DNA of 32,000 bases from Mycolicibacterium smegmatis (GCF_001457595.1 NZ_LN831039.1:2640001-2672000); one strand, 5' to 3'. Shown: positions 7,683 through 16,298, counted from the first letter of the stretch. Notes: generated by a model not told the origin, from the sequence alone. Numbers and translations: made by a program.

Positions 7683-8849
7683 TCACCTCCTGATCGTGAG
7701 TTCGTGTGGCAGGTTCGTCAGGCGCTCGAACCCGGTGGGGGTGACCACGATCGGCTCGGACAGTTCGTAGCCCCAGCCGTCCATCCACATTCCGAGGATG
7801 ACGTGGAACGCCATGCCCGCGGCGAGTTCGGCGGTGTCCTCGCGACGCAGGCTGACCGTGCGCTCGCCCCAGTCGGGTGGGAACCCGATGCCGATCGAGT
7901 AACCGAGCCGAGAATCCTTCCGCAGCCCGTGCGGCCGGATCACGTCGTCGAACGCGCGGTGTACGGAAGCGCCCGTGGCGCCGGGCCGGATCGCCTCGAG
8001 CGTCGCCTGCATGGCCTCGGCGGTGATCTTCGCGGTCTCGGCCAGGCGTTGCGGCGGCTCACCGAGCATGACGGTCCGGGCAAGGGGTGCGTGGTAACGG
8101 CCGTGGACCCCGGCCAGTTCGATCGTGGTGGCCTCGCCGTCGAGGAACGGCTGGTCGGTCCAGGTGCAGTGGGGCGTCCCGGCCGCGTCACCGGTCGGAA
8201 GCATCGGCACGATCGCCGGGAAGTCGCCGCCGTGCCCGTCCACGCCGATGGTCTGTGCGGTGAGGATGTCGGCGACGAGGTCACATTGCCTGCGGCCCGG
8301 CTCGATTCGTTCACACGCGGTCCGCATGGCGTGTTCGGCGATGGCACCGGCGATCTGCAGTTGACCGATCTCGTAGGGGGACTTGACCAGCCGGACCCAG
8401 TTGACCAGTTCCCCGGCGTCGACCAGACGGTTCGCCGGAAGGCCTTCTGCGAGCGCGAAGTACGCGCGCGGGGAGAAGTAGTTGGCGTCGCCTTCGACGC
8501 CCACCGGCTCACCGGCGGGGATCAGCGACCTGACCGCCGCGGCGATCCACCTGAACGGGTGGGTGTCCGGCCGGTGCACCAGATCCTCGGGGTAGCCGTG
8601 GATGCGCTCGGCCGCGACATTGCACAGCGACGCCGCACCGGCGGCATCCATCGCCCGCAGGAACAGGTGCGGATCGCCGTCGGCGGGGACCACCAGGCAC
8701 TGCGGGGTGTAGAAGGACCACGCGGCGTAGCCGGTGAGGTAGAAGATGTTGGCCGGGTCGCACACCACGAGCGCAGACAGTGACTGTGTCCGCATGCGCT
8801 CGTGCACGCGCTGTAGGCGACCCGCGTACTCAGCCGGGTCCGCGATCAT
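7683..8849 (-). CDS. M24-fold creatinase / ectoine-hydrolase (DoeA/EutD)-like amidinohydrolase
   Basis: The track ORF extends to 9491, but ATG 8849 overlaps the stop of the upstream gene (ATGA 8846-8849). Creatinase_N-like N-terminus: ALVVCDPANIFYLTGYAAWSFYTPQ. C-terminal pita-bread domain ends GMAFHVILGMWMDGWGYELSEPIVVT. Most canonical M24 metal-ligand positions look substituted (see findings). Confidence 0.78.
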   Translation of the reverse strand: MIADPAEYAGRLQRVHERMRTQSLSALVVCDPANIFYLTGYAAWSFYTPQCLVVPADGDPHLFLRAMDAAGAASLCNVAAERIHGYPEDLVHRPDTHPFRWIAAAVRSLIPAGEPVGVEGDANYFSPRAYFALAEGLPANRLVDAGELVNWVRLVKSPYEIGQLQIAGAIAEHAMRTACERIEPGRRQCDLVADILTAQTIGVDGHGGDFPAIVPMLPTGDAAGTPHCTWTDQPFLDGEATTIELAGVHGRYHAPLARTVMLGEPPQRLAETAKITAEAMQATLEAIRPGATGASVHRAFDDVIRPHGLRKDSRLGYSIGIGFPPDWGERTVSLRREDTAELAAGMAFHVILGMWMDGWGYELSEPIVVTPTGFERLTNLPHELTIRR

Positions 8850-9568
8850 GAGGCCAGCAGGCGCTGTCCGGGGCCGACGGCCTTGTGCCCTGCGGCTCTC
8901 AGCGCCGACCAGATCGTGACCTGGTTGGCACTGAGGACGGGCTTGCCGAGTTCCTCTTCCAGCTTGGCGATCACGTCGTACGTGGGCAGGTTGGTGCAGC
9001 TGATGAAGATGGCCTCGGCGTCGGGGCGGTCGATGCTGCGCACGAGCTCGGCGGTGACCTCGTACGGCACCGTCCAGATCTGTGTGGTCAGGTCGAGGCC
9101 GGCGGCCGCGGTGACACCGATCCCCGCCTCGCCGAGGAAGGACACGAGCCCGCTCGTGAGGTCTGCGGTGTAGGGCGTGACCGCCGCGATCGAGGAGACG
9201 TCGAGATGCCGCAACGCCGTCAACAGGGCGCCACTGGTGGTCAGCGCCGCAGGCGCGCCGGCCTGCGTCATGGCGGCGACGATCTCGGTCTCCCCGGTCA
9301 CCCCGGAGACGAAGCTGCCCGACGTGCAGGCGTACGCGGTGACGACGGGCGCGACGGCATGCAGGCTGGCCGATGCCTGGGCCAAGAGGTTGGGGTTGGA
9401 GACGTAGATCGCCATCTCCATGGTGACGGAAAGGGGGACGTGCGGGGTGCGGGTCAGATGCAAGCTGATGTGTTCTGGCACCCAGCGCCAAAGTTCCCGG
9501 TCAAGCGCGAAGTCGTACGGCACGACGACGCCGATTCCGGTTTGTTCCAAGGGCGGGCACTCGTTCAT
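8846..9568 (-). CDS. Maleate cis-trans isomerase / EutA-like Asp/Glu-racemase-superfamily protein (two-Cys form)
   Basis: 240 aa. Both Cys boxes of the family are present (YACTSGSF and FISCTNLPT), and the C-terminus reads GKPVLSANQVTIW. It is the first gene of the minus-strand operon. Confidence 0.82.
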   Translation of the reverse strand: MNECPPLEQTGIGVVVPYDFALDRELWRWVPEHISLHLTRTPHVPLSVTMEMAIYVSNPNLLAQASASLHAVAPVVTAYACTSGSFVSGVTGETEIVAAMTQAGAPAALTTSGALLTALRHLDVSSIAAVTPYTADLTSGLVSFLGEAGIGVTAAAGLDLTTQIWTVPYEVTAELVRSIDRPDAEAIFISCTNLPTYDVIAKLEEELGKPVLSANQVTIWSALRAAGHKAVGPGQRLLAS

Positions 9569-9606
9569 TGCATCAGTGTGGGGCTGGGGTCGATTCCCCG
9601 CAACTT

Positions 9607-9618
9607 ATTGTTGACAAT
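9607..9618. promoter_or_regulatory. ATTGTTGACAAT, second copy of the candidate GntR operator (one central mismatch from a perfect palindrome)
   Basis: Located in the 58-bp divergent region between 8846-9568 (-) and 9627-10676 (+). It overlaps the TTGACA -35 hexamer. Confidence 0.5.
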
Positions 9619-9640
9619 CCGACAAGTTGGTTCCTACCCT
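9611..9640 (+). promoter_or_regulatory. Sigma-A-like promoter: -35 TTGACA (9611-9616), 18-nt spacer, -10 TACCCT (9635-9640)
   Basis: Consensus -35 hexamer and a TAnnnT -10. The -10 ends 7 nt before GTG 9648, which is leaderless geometry. Confidence 0.5.
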
Positions 9641-10676
9641 CGACCGCGTGCCGACACCCAATCAGTCCGGTGCGGCCGGTGGCCGTGCGGTCCGCGATCG
9701 ACGTCCGGCCGTCGCGGTTCTCTGCGCGCAGGAGTCCGATCGTCCGCCCGGGCTTGAGGCGCTCGACGTCGAATTCCGTTACTGCACCGCCGACACCCTC
9801 GCCGAGGCCGTGCGCGGTGCACGCGCGATGCTGTTGTGGGACTTCTTCTCCAAAGCCGTTCGCGACGTGTGGTCCGCAGCCGGTTCCGTGGAGTGGATCC
9901 ACGTCACCGCGGCGGGCGTCGACACGCTGCTCTTCGATGAACTGCGCGACTCCGATGTCGTCGTGACGAACGCCCACGGGGTGTTCGATCGACCCATCGC
10001 CGAGTATGTCCTGGGAGCGGTGATCGCGCACGCCAAGGACACCCGCCGAAGCCTCGACCTGCAGCGACAGCACCGCTGGCAGCACCGCGAGACCCGCCGG
10101 GTCACGGGTTCCCGCGCCCTCGTGGTCGGCACCGGCGGCATCGGCCGAGAGACCGCGCGCCTGCTGCGCGCGGCAGGTCTGGAGGTCAGGGGCGCGGGCC
10201 GCACGGCGCGCGACGACGATCCGGACTTCGGCAGAGTGGTTGCCAGCAGCGATCTTTCGGCCGAGGTGGGCTGGTGTGACCACCTGATTCTCGCGGTGCC
10301 GCTCACCGATGCGACGCGCGGCCTGGTCGACGCGGCCGTGCTGGGGGCGATGAAACCCGACGCGCATCTGGTCAACATCGCCCGCGGGCCCGTCGTGGAC
10401 GAGGCGGCCCTGATCGCAGCGTTGACCGAACATCGCATCGGCGGTGCGACGCTCGACGCGTTCGACGTCGAACCGCTGCCCGCCGACCACCCGTTGTGGG
10501 ATGTGCCGAACGTCACCATCACCGCGCACATGTCCGGTGACGTCGTCGGCTGGCGCGACACGCTCGCCGAGCAGTACGCGGAGAACGTCCGGCGCTGGCT
10601 GGCCGGAGAACCGCTGCACAATGTCGTGGACAAGAAGCTCGGCTACATCAGCCAGGCAGGGAGGGGGGTTCGTTGA
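9627..10676 (+). CDS. D-isomer-specific 2-hydroxyacid dehydrogenase (NAD-binding)
   Basis: NAD fold VVGTGGIGRETARLL. Catalytic region LVNIARGPVVDEAAL ... ITAHMSG. The start is either TTG 9627 or, better supported by promoter geometry, GTG 9648 (7 nt after a TACCCT -10). The stop overlaps the next start (TTGA). Confidence 0.85.
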   Translation: MVPTLDRVPTPNQSGAAGGRAVRDRRPAVAVLCAQESDRPPGLEALDVEFRYCTADTLAEAVRGARAMLLWDFFSKAVRDVWSAAGSVEWIHVTAAGVDTLLFDELRDSDVVVTNAHGVFDRPIAEYVLGAVIAHAKDTRRSLDLQRQHRWQHRETRRVTGSRALVVGTGGIGRETARLLRAAGLEVRGAGRTARDDDPDFGRVVASSDLSAEVGWCDHLILAVPLTDATRGLVDAAVLGAMKPDAHLVNIARGPVVDEAALIAALTEHRIGGATLDAFDVEPLPADHPLWDVPNVTITAHMSGDVVGWRDTLAEQYAENVRRWLAGEPLHNVVDKKLGYISQAGRGVR

Positions 10677-12076
10677 TTCCGACGTCCACAGATCTGGTCG
10701 AGGCGTACCGGCGCAAGGAGATGTCACCGGTCGAGGCGACCCAGGCCGCACTCGACGCGATCGACTCCTACGACAAGTCGGTGAACGCGTTCGTTCTGGT
10801 GGATCACGAAGGTGCGCTCGCCGCCGCGAAAGAGTCCGAGGCGCGGTGGTTCTCAGGTGAACAGCTGGGACCGGCCGACGGGGTGCCGACGTCGATCAAG
10901 GATGCGTTGTGGACCCGCGGGTGGCCGACGCTGCGCGGCAGCACGCTGATCGACGAGGCCGGTCCGTGGGACGAGGACGCGCCGAGTGTCGCGCGGTTGC
11001 GCGAAGCCGGCGCGGTGATCATCGGCAAGACCACCACCCCCGAGTACTCGTGGAAAGGCGTCACCGACTCCTACCGGTACGGCGCGACCGTCAATCCGTG
11101 GGACACCACCAAGACCGCGGGCGGATCCAGCGGCGGGAGCGCGGCGGCCGTCGCGCTCGGTATGGGGCCCTGGTCGGTGGGCACCGATGGCGGGGGATCG
11201 GTCCGCATCCCCGGCGGGTTCACCGGGACCGTCGCGCTCAAACCGACCTACGGTCTGGTTCCGCTGTACCCCATGAGCGCGTTCGGCAGCCTGGCGCACG
11301 TCGGCCCCATGACGCGGTCGGTGCGTGACTGCGCGGCGTTGCTCGACGTGATCAGCCGCTTCGACGGACGCGACGGCACCGCGATGCCGACGCCGACGTC
11401 CTCGTTCCTCGACGGTCTCGACGCAGGCGTCGCGGGTCTGCGCGTCGCCTACTCGCCCAATCTCGGCTACGTGCACAACGACCCCGAGGTCGACGCGGCG
11501 GTACGCGCCGCCGTCGACGTGATCGCCGCTGCCGGAGCCGAAGTCGAGGAGGTCGACCCCGGTTTCGCCGACCCGGTCGAGGCGTTCCACGTGCTGTGGT
11601 TCTCCGGTGAGGCCCACGTCCTGCGGGGCTACGGCGACGCCGTCGACGATCGCGTCGATCCCGGGTTGCGGCGCACCGCGGCGATCGGCGCGACGTTCTC
11701 GGCCGCCGACTACCTCGACGCCACGGCGGTTCGGATGGACCTCGGCCTGCGGATGGGGCGGTTCCACCAGACCTACGATCTGCTGCTCACGCCGACCCTT
11801 CCGCTTCCCGCGTTCACGGCCGGGCAGGACGTGCCCGACGGTTGGCACTCACCCGACTGGACCAGTTGGACCCCGTACACGTACCCGTTCAACCTGAGCC
11901 AGCAACCGGCGCTGACCGTGCCGTGCGGGCTCACCTCAGCCGGACTGCCGATCGGCCTGCAGGTCGTGGGGCCCCGGCACTCCGACGCGCTCGTACTGCG
12001 TGTCGGCCAGGCGTACCAGTCCGCCACCGACTGGCATTTGAAGACTCCGAAAGTTCTCACAGGGGAGGGACATTGA
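10673..12076 (+). CDS. Amidase-signature (AS) family amidase, GatA-like
   Basis: 467 aa. Lys box [11 protein letters not shown] signature [14 protein letters not shown] and [15 protein letters not shown] start overlaps the upstream stop (TTGA 10673-10676), preceded by GGGAGGGGGG. Confidence 0.9.
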   Translation: MIPTSTDLVEAYRRKEMSPVEATQAALDAIDSYDKSVNAFVLVDHEGALAAAKESEARWFSGEQLGPADGVPTSIKDALWTRGWPTLRGSTLIDEAGPWDEDAPSVARLREAGAVIIGKTTTPEYSWKGVTDSYRYGATVNPWDTTKTAGGSSGGSAAAVALGMGPWSVGTDGGGSVRIPGGFTGTVALKPTYGLVPLYPMSAFGSLAHVGPMTRSVRDCAALLDVISRFDGRDGTAMPTPTSSFLDGLDAGVAGLRVAYSPNLGYVHNDPEVDAAVRAAVDVIAAAGAEVEEVDPGFADPVEAFHVLWFSGEAHVLRGYGDAVDDRVDPGLRRTAAIGATFSAADYLDATAVRMDLGLRMGRFHQTYDLLLTPTLPLPAFTAGQDVPDGWHSPDWTSWTPYTYPFNLSQQPALTVPCGLTSAGLPIGLQVVGPRHSDALVLRVGQAYQSATDWHLKTPKVLTGEGH

Positions 12077-12573
12077 GCAGGTTCATCACGGTGTCGTTGG
12101 ACAAGCGCGGCGTCAGCTGCGTCGCGCGGTTACTCGACGAGGTGGCGCCCCGAACCTGTGCGGCCGTCTGGGATGCCCTGCCGCTGTCGGCGCAGGTCTT
12201 CCACGGCAAGTACGCGCGCAACGAGATCTACACGCTGCTACCGGCTTTCGCGCCCGCCGATCCCGGCAAGGAGAACACCACGATCACGCCCATCCCGGGC
12301 GACCTGTGCTGGTTCTCGTTCGACTCCGACGATCTGGGCAACCCCGCCTACGGCTACGAGAACACCACGGGCACCGGAACCACCGGGGGCATCGTCGATC
12401 TCGCGCTGTTCTACGGGCGCAACAACCTGCTGATCAACGGTGACCAGGGCTGGGTGCCGGGCAACGTGTTCGGCACGATCGTGGAAGGCCTCGACGAGAT
12501 GGCCGAGGCCTGCCAGGACCTGTGGATGGGCGGCGTGCGCGGGGAGACCTTGAGCTTCAGCCGTCGGGAGTGA
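12073..12573 (+). CDS. Small conserved hypothetical protein, probably DUF3830 / cyclophilin-like fold family
   Basis: 166 aa. TTG 12073 overlaps the amidase stop (TTGA 12073-12076), preceded by AGGGGAGGG. The longer track ORF (from 11842) overlaps the amidase. The family call is from memory of ...AVWDALP...HG.YARNEIY... type sequences and is not verified. Confidence 0.6.
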   Translation: MSRFITVSLDKRGVSCVARLLDEVAPRTCAAVWDALPLSAQVFHGKYARNEIYTLLPAFAPADPGKENTTITPIPGDLCWFSFDSDDLGNPAYGYENTTGTGTTGGIVDLALFYGRNNLLINGDQGWVPGNVFGTIVEGLDEMAEACQDLWMGGVRGETLSFSRRE

Positions 12574-12591
12574 GCACGTAGCGTGTGAGGA

Positions 12592-13815
12592 GTGACCTCT
12601 TCGAACCTCGGTCTGCTCCCACGCCCGATCACCGTCGACCTGTTCCGCGGACTCGCGGAACTCGAAGACACCGGCCGTGGTTGGCTTCCACACCGCCTGC
12701 CGCGCCCTGCGCGTGCGCGGTGCGACGACCCACAGTTGCTGGGCGCCGAGGCGCAGCCCTCGGGCGTGCGGCTGGCCGTGCGCACGGCCGCGACCGCGAT
12801 CGAACTCGATGTCCTGCGAACACGTGTTGTGCTGACGGGCATTCCGGCTCGTGCCGACGGCGTCGTCGACCTGCTCATCGACGGCCGGCGAGTGCGCCGA
12901 TCCACGGTGTACGGCGGTGATCTGGTGCGCATCGACCCCTCGACCGGTGCGAGCGAAACCGTTCCGGGTGAGGTGGCGACGTTGCGCTTCGAGGAATTGC
13001 CTGAGCACGACAAGACAGTCGAGCTGTGGCTGCCGCACTATGAGCGAACAGAAGTGGTCGGGTTGCGCACCGACGCACCCGTCACGCCCGCGCAGACCGA
13101 CCGGCCCATCTGGATCCACCACGGCAGTTCGATCAGCCAGGGCTCCAACGCCGACACCCCCAGCACCACCTGGCCCGCGTTGGTGGCCTCTGAGGCGAAC
13201 CTCGACCTGGTGAATCTCGGCTTCTCGGGCAGCGCGATGCTGGATTCGTTCGTGGCCAGGTCGATTCGCGATCGTCCGGCCGACCTGATCAGCGTCAAGA
13301 TCGGCATCAACCTGGTGAACTCGGACCTGATGCGCCGGCGGGCATTCGGGCCCGCCGTGCACGGATTCCTCGACACCATCCGCGACGGACACCCGAGCGC
13401 ACCGCTCGTCGTCATCGGGCCGCTGTACTGCCCGATCCACGAGACCACCCCTGGTCCTGGGAGTTTCGACGTCGACGCGCTGGCGTCCGGCACCGTGCGG
13501 TTCGTCGCAGTGGGGGACCCCGCCGACGCCCTCGTCCCCAATGCCGGGTTGCGGCGCCTGACCCTCAGCGGCATACGCGATCATCTCGCCGAGATCGTGG
13601 CGTCCCGGCAGGCCGATGATCCGTATCTGTTCTACGTCGACGGCCTGGACCTGTACGGGCCCGGCGACGAGGCCGCACATCCGCTGCCCGACAACCTGCA
13701 CCCCGACGCGGCCACCCATCGACTGATCGCGCAGCGGTTCGCGCAGATCGCGCAGCGGTTCGCGCACGTCCTGGACGGCCGGGTGTCCGGGTGGTCACCG
13801 GTCCGGACGAGCTAA
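12592..13815 (+). CDS. SGNH/GDSL-family hydrolase with an N-terminal ~170-aa accessory domain
   Basis: 407 aa. Block I is IWIHHGSSISQG (Ser nucleophile), block V is DNLHPD (Asp-x-x-His). The GTG 12592 start is uncertain. Carries an in-frame 21-bp tandem duplication near the 3' end. Confidence 0.78.
   Translation: MTSSNLGLLPRPITVDLFRGLAELEDTGRGWLPHRLPRPARARCDDPQLLGAEAQPSGVRLAVRTAATAIELDVLRTRVVLTGIPARADGVVDLLIDGRRVRRSTVYGGDLVRIDPSTGASETVPGEVATLRFEELPEHDKTVELWLPHYERTEVVGLRTDAPVTPAQTDRPIWIHHGSSISQGSNADTPSTTWPALVASEANLDLVNLGFSGSAMLDSFVARSIRDRPADLISVKIGINLVNSDLMRRRAFGPAVHGFLDTIRDGHPSAPLVVIGPLYCPIHETTPGPGSFDVDALASGTVRFVAVGDPADALVPNAGLRRLTLSGIRDHLAEIVASRQADDPYLFYVDGLDLYGPGDEAAHPLPDNLHPDAATHRLIAQRFAQIAQRFAHVLDGRVSGWSPVRTS
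13725..13766 (+). repeat. Perfect 2 x 21-bp tandem duplication GATCGCGCAGCGGTTCGCGCA (in frame, IAQRFAQ x2)
   Basis: Read directly: 13725-13745 is identical to 13746-13766. It lies inside the 3' end of the SGNH hydrolase gene. Confidence 0.95.
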
Positions 13816-14594
13816 TGCGCGCGTGCCTTCACCCGGAGCTCGAAATACTTCAGGGCAACGGTCGGGATCAACGCGATCACCGTGATCAGCAGCACCTCGC
13901 CGAGGATGTTGGCCATCCTGACCTGGGTCACGTTGCGGAGCAGTTCGTACCCCAGTCCGGTGGTCCCGGAGAACATCTCGGCGAGAATCAGGCCGACGAA
14001 GGTCAGCCCGAAGCTGACCCGCATCGCGGTGAGCACGGTCGGAACCAGCTGCGGTACCACGATCTTGCGCAGTAGTGCCGGGTAACTCATCTGCAGGCTG
14101 GCGGCGAGTTTGAGATGCAGCCGGTTCACGCCGGCACTGCCTTCGAGCATGATCAAAAACATCGGCAGCAGGCCCTGGAAGAACGCGAACGACACCTGGC
14201 TCAACGCGCCGAGACCCAGGAACAGCAAGAAGATCGGGTACAGCACGATCTTGGGAACGCTGTGGAGCGAGAAGATGAGCGGTGACAGCGTCCGGCTCCA
14301 GAAGGCGTTCAATCCGATCAACACGCCGAGCACACCGCCGACGGCCACCACCAGCGAGTACGCGATCGCGAGGTTCAGCACTGTCGAACCGACGCTCGCG
14401 CGAAACCCGTTGTCCGTGAGCTCCGCACCGAGCGTGGAGATCGACTCGGCCGGCGTGGGGAACACGGCACTGTCGAGGATGTCGGCGCCGACCCACCAAG
14501 CCGCGACGAGGGCGACAAGCAGGACGACGGGCGGAAGTACCCGTGCACGAAGTCGATCTGACGACGGTTTCGTCGTCGGGACGGTCTGTGTCAT
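13812..14594 (-). CDS. ABC transporter permease (NitT/TauT family, BPD_transp_1 type)
   Basis: 260 aa from ATG 14594, which overlaps the stop of the upstream permease (ATGA 14591-14594). Multi-span hydrophobic protein with an EAA-like loop (LAASLQMSYPALLRKIVVPQLVP). The track extension to 15095 overlaps the upstream gene. Confidence 0.88.
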   Translation of the reverse strand: MTQTVPTTKPSSDRLRARVLPPVVLLVALVAAWWVGADILDSAVFPTPAESISTLGAELTDNGFRASVGSTVLNLAIAYSLVVAVGGVLGVLIGLNAFWSRTLSPLIFSLHSVPKIVLYPIFLLFLGLGALSQVSFAFFQGLLPMFLIMLEGSAGVNRLHLKLAASLQMSYPALLRKIVVPQLVPTVLTAMRVSFGLTFVGLILAEMFSGTTGLGYELLRNVTQVRMANILGEVLLITVIALIPTVALKYFELRVKARAH

Positions 14595-15457
14595 CGACGC
14601 CTCCAATCGAGCCGGTTCAACGCCGCGGAGATCCCCAGGTTCGCGATGAGCGCGAGAGCCCCGACGATCAGGATCGCGCCGTACATCTCGGCGACCGCGA
14701 AGCTGTCGTAGGCGTCGGCGATGAAGTTGCCGAGTCCGTCGGAGGCCAGGATGAACTCCATTGCCAGAGTGGCGATCACGGAGTACGCCATGCACAGCTT
14801 CACACCGGCCGCGATATCGGGCATGGCCGACGGCAGGAGAATGAGGCGGAAGGACTGCCAGCGGGTCAGCTTCAACGACCGGTCGAGCTTGCTCACCACC
14901 TCGGGTACCGAGTCGAAGCCCGCCAGGGAGTTCAGGATGACGACGACGATGCTGAACGTCGACGCGAGCACGACGATCGGCCACACGCCCACGCCGAACA
15001 GGACGACGAGGATCGGATACACCGCGAACGTCGGCACCGCATAGAAGACGCTGAGGTATGGCTCGAGCGCCGAACGGACGACGGCACTGCGCCACATCAG
15101 GTATGCCACCGCCACGCCGAGCACAGATGCCACGACGAAGCTGACCACGACGATGCCCGCACTGCGCAGCAGATCGTTCACCAGGAAATCCGTGTCGGTC
15201 AGCAGTTCACCGGCCTGCACGGCCATCTCCGACACCGGCACCAGTGACAGTCGCGGCACCGCACCGGATTGCGCGAGGATCTCGACGCCTCCGAAGAACG
15301 CGATGATCAGGATGAGCCGCCACACACCCGCGGGCAGCGCGAGAACCCGTGTTGCCGGCGGCCGCACATAGCGGGGGACACCCGAGCGCGCGGCGCGTGA
15401 TGTCCGGACCGGTGCGGCGGGCGCCGGTGTGGTGGCCACGGTTTCCGCCGACGTCAT
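14591..15457 (-). CDS. ABC transporter permease (NitT/TauT family)
   Basis: 288 aa. Hydrophobic spans and an EAA-like loop (LDRSLKLTRWQSFRLILLPSAMP). ATG 15457 overlaps the ATPase stop (ATGA 15454-15457). Confidence 0.88.
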   Translation of the reverse strand: MTSAETVATTPAPAAPVRTSRAARSGVPRYVRPPATRVLALPAGVWRLILIIAFFGGVEILAQSGAVPRLSLVPVSEMAVQAGELLTDTDFLVNDLLRSAGIVVVSFVVASVLGVAVAYLMWRSAVVRSALEPYLSVFYAVPTFAVYPILVVLFGVGVWPIVVLASTFSIVVVILNSLAGFDSVPEVVSKLDRSLKLTRWQSFRLILLPSAMPDIAAGVKLCMAYSVIATLAMEFILASDGLGNFIADAYDSFAVAEMYGAILIVGALALIANLGISAALNRLDWRRR

Positions 15458-16272
15458 CGCAGGGTCGCTTCCATCGCCTTGCCTGCCTCGTCTTTGAGCT
15501 GCGCCCAGATCCTTTCGGTGAGCGCCGCCATCCTCGGTGAGGCCAGCGTGTGCTCGTCGCGCGGACGTGGCAGATCGACGTGGATCTCGTCGAGGATCGT
15601 TCCCGGGCGGGCACTCATCACCAGTACGCGGTCGGATAACAGCACGGCCTCCTGAATGCTGTGCGTGATGAACAGAACGCCGCAGGACAACTCCTCGACC
15701 ACGCGCATCAACTCGAACGACATCAGCAACCGCGTCTGCTCGTCGAGGGCGCCGAACGGTTCGTCGGCCAGGATCAGGTCGGGATCCATCGACAGGCAGC
15801 GCGCGATGGCCACGCGCTGACGCATCCCGCCGGACAACTGCGACGGATAATTGTCCTCGAACCCCGCGAGTCCGACCGTGCGGATCAACTCGTCGGCACG
15901 TCGGCGGCGTTCCGCTTTCGGCACCGCGCGCACCTCGAGCGCAAACGCGACGTTGTCCCGCACGGTCCGCCAGGGCAGTGTCGCCGACTCCTGAAACGCT
16001 ATCGCGGTGCGGTCACGCGGCCCGCGCAGTGGCTCGCCTGCCACCGAGACCCCGCCGTCGGCCGGGACCTGGAGACCTGCGACCAACTCCAGCAGCGTCG
16101 ACTTGCCACACCCGCTCGGGCCGACGATCGACACGAACTCACCGGATCGGATCGTGAGATCGATCGGTCCCAGGGCGTGGAGTCCGCCGAACCGCTGTAC
16201 ACAGCCGGACACCTCGACGATCGGCCGGACGCTTCGCTGGTCGGTCATGATTGTCTCCGCGGTTGGTCGCAT
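15454..16272 (-). CDS. ABC transporter ATP-binding protein
   Basis: Walker A GPSGCGKSTLL, signature LSGGMRQR, Walker B LILADEPFGALD. Two plausible starts, each with a GGAGA-type SD: ATG 16272 and ATG 16248 (MTDQRS..). Confidence 0.9.
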   Translation of the reverse strand: MRPTAETIMTDQRSVRPIVEVSGCVQRFGGLHALGPIDLTIRSGEFVSIVGPSGCGKSTLLELVAGLQVPADGGVSVAGEPLRGPRDRTAIAFQESATLPWRTVRDNVAFALEVRAVPKAERRRRADELIRTVGLAGFEDNYPSQLSGGMRQRVAIARCLSMDPDLILADEPFGALDEQTRLLMSFELMRVVEELSCGVLFITHSIQEAVLLSDRVLVMSARPGTILDEIHVDLPRPRDEHTLASPRMAALTERIWAQLKDEAGKAMEATLR

Positions 16273-16298
16273 GGTGGTCTCCCTTCGAGGGCGAGAGG

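Noticed and set aside
9602-9625. Minus-strand TTGTCGGAT-N9-TAAGTT in the 9569-9626 promoter region, resembling the RecA-NDp motif.
   Set aside because: The box ends in AT instead of TG, and the spacer is 9 nt rather than 8. The resemblance arises from overlap with the GntR-type palindrome, so I read it as an ordinary -10 (TAAGTT) only.
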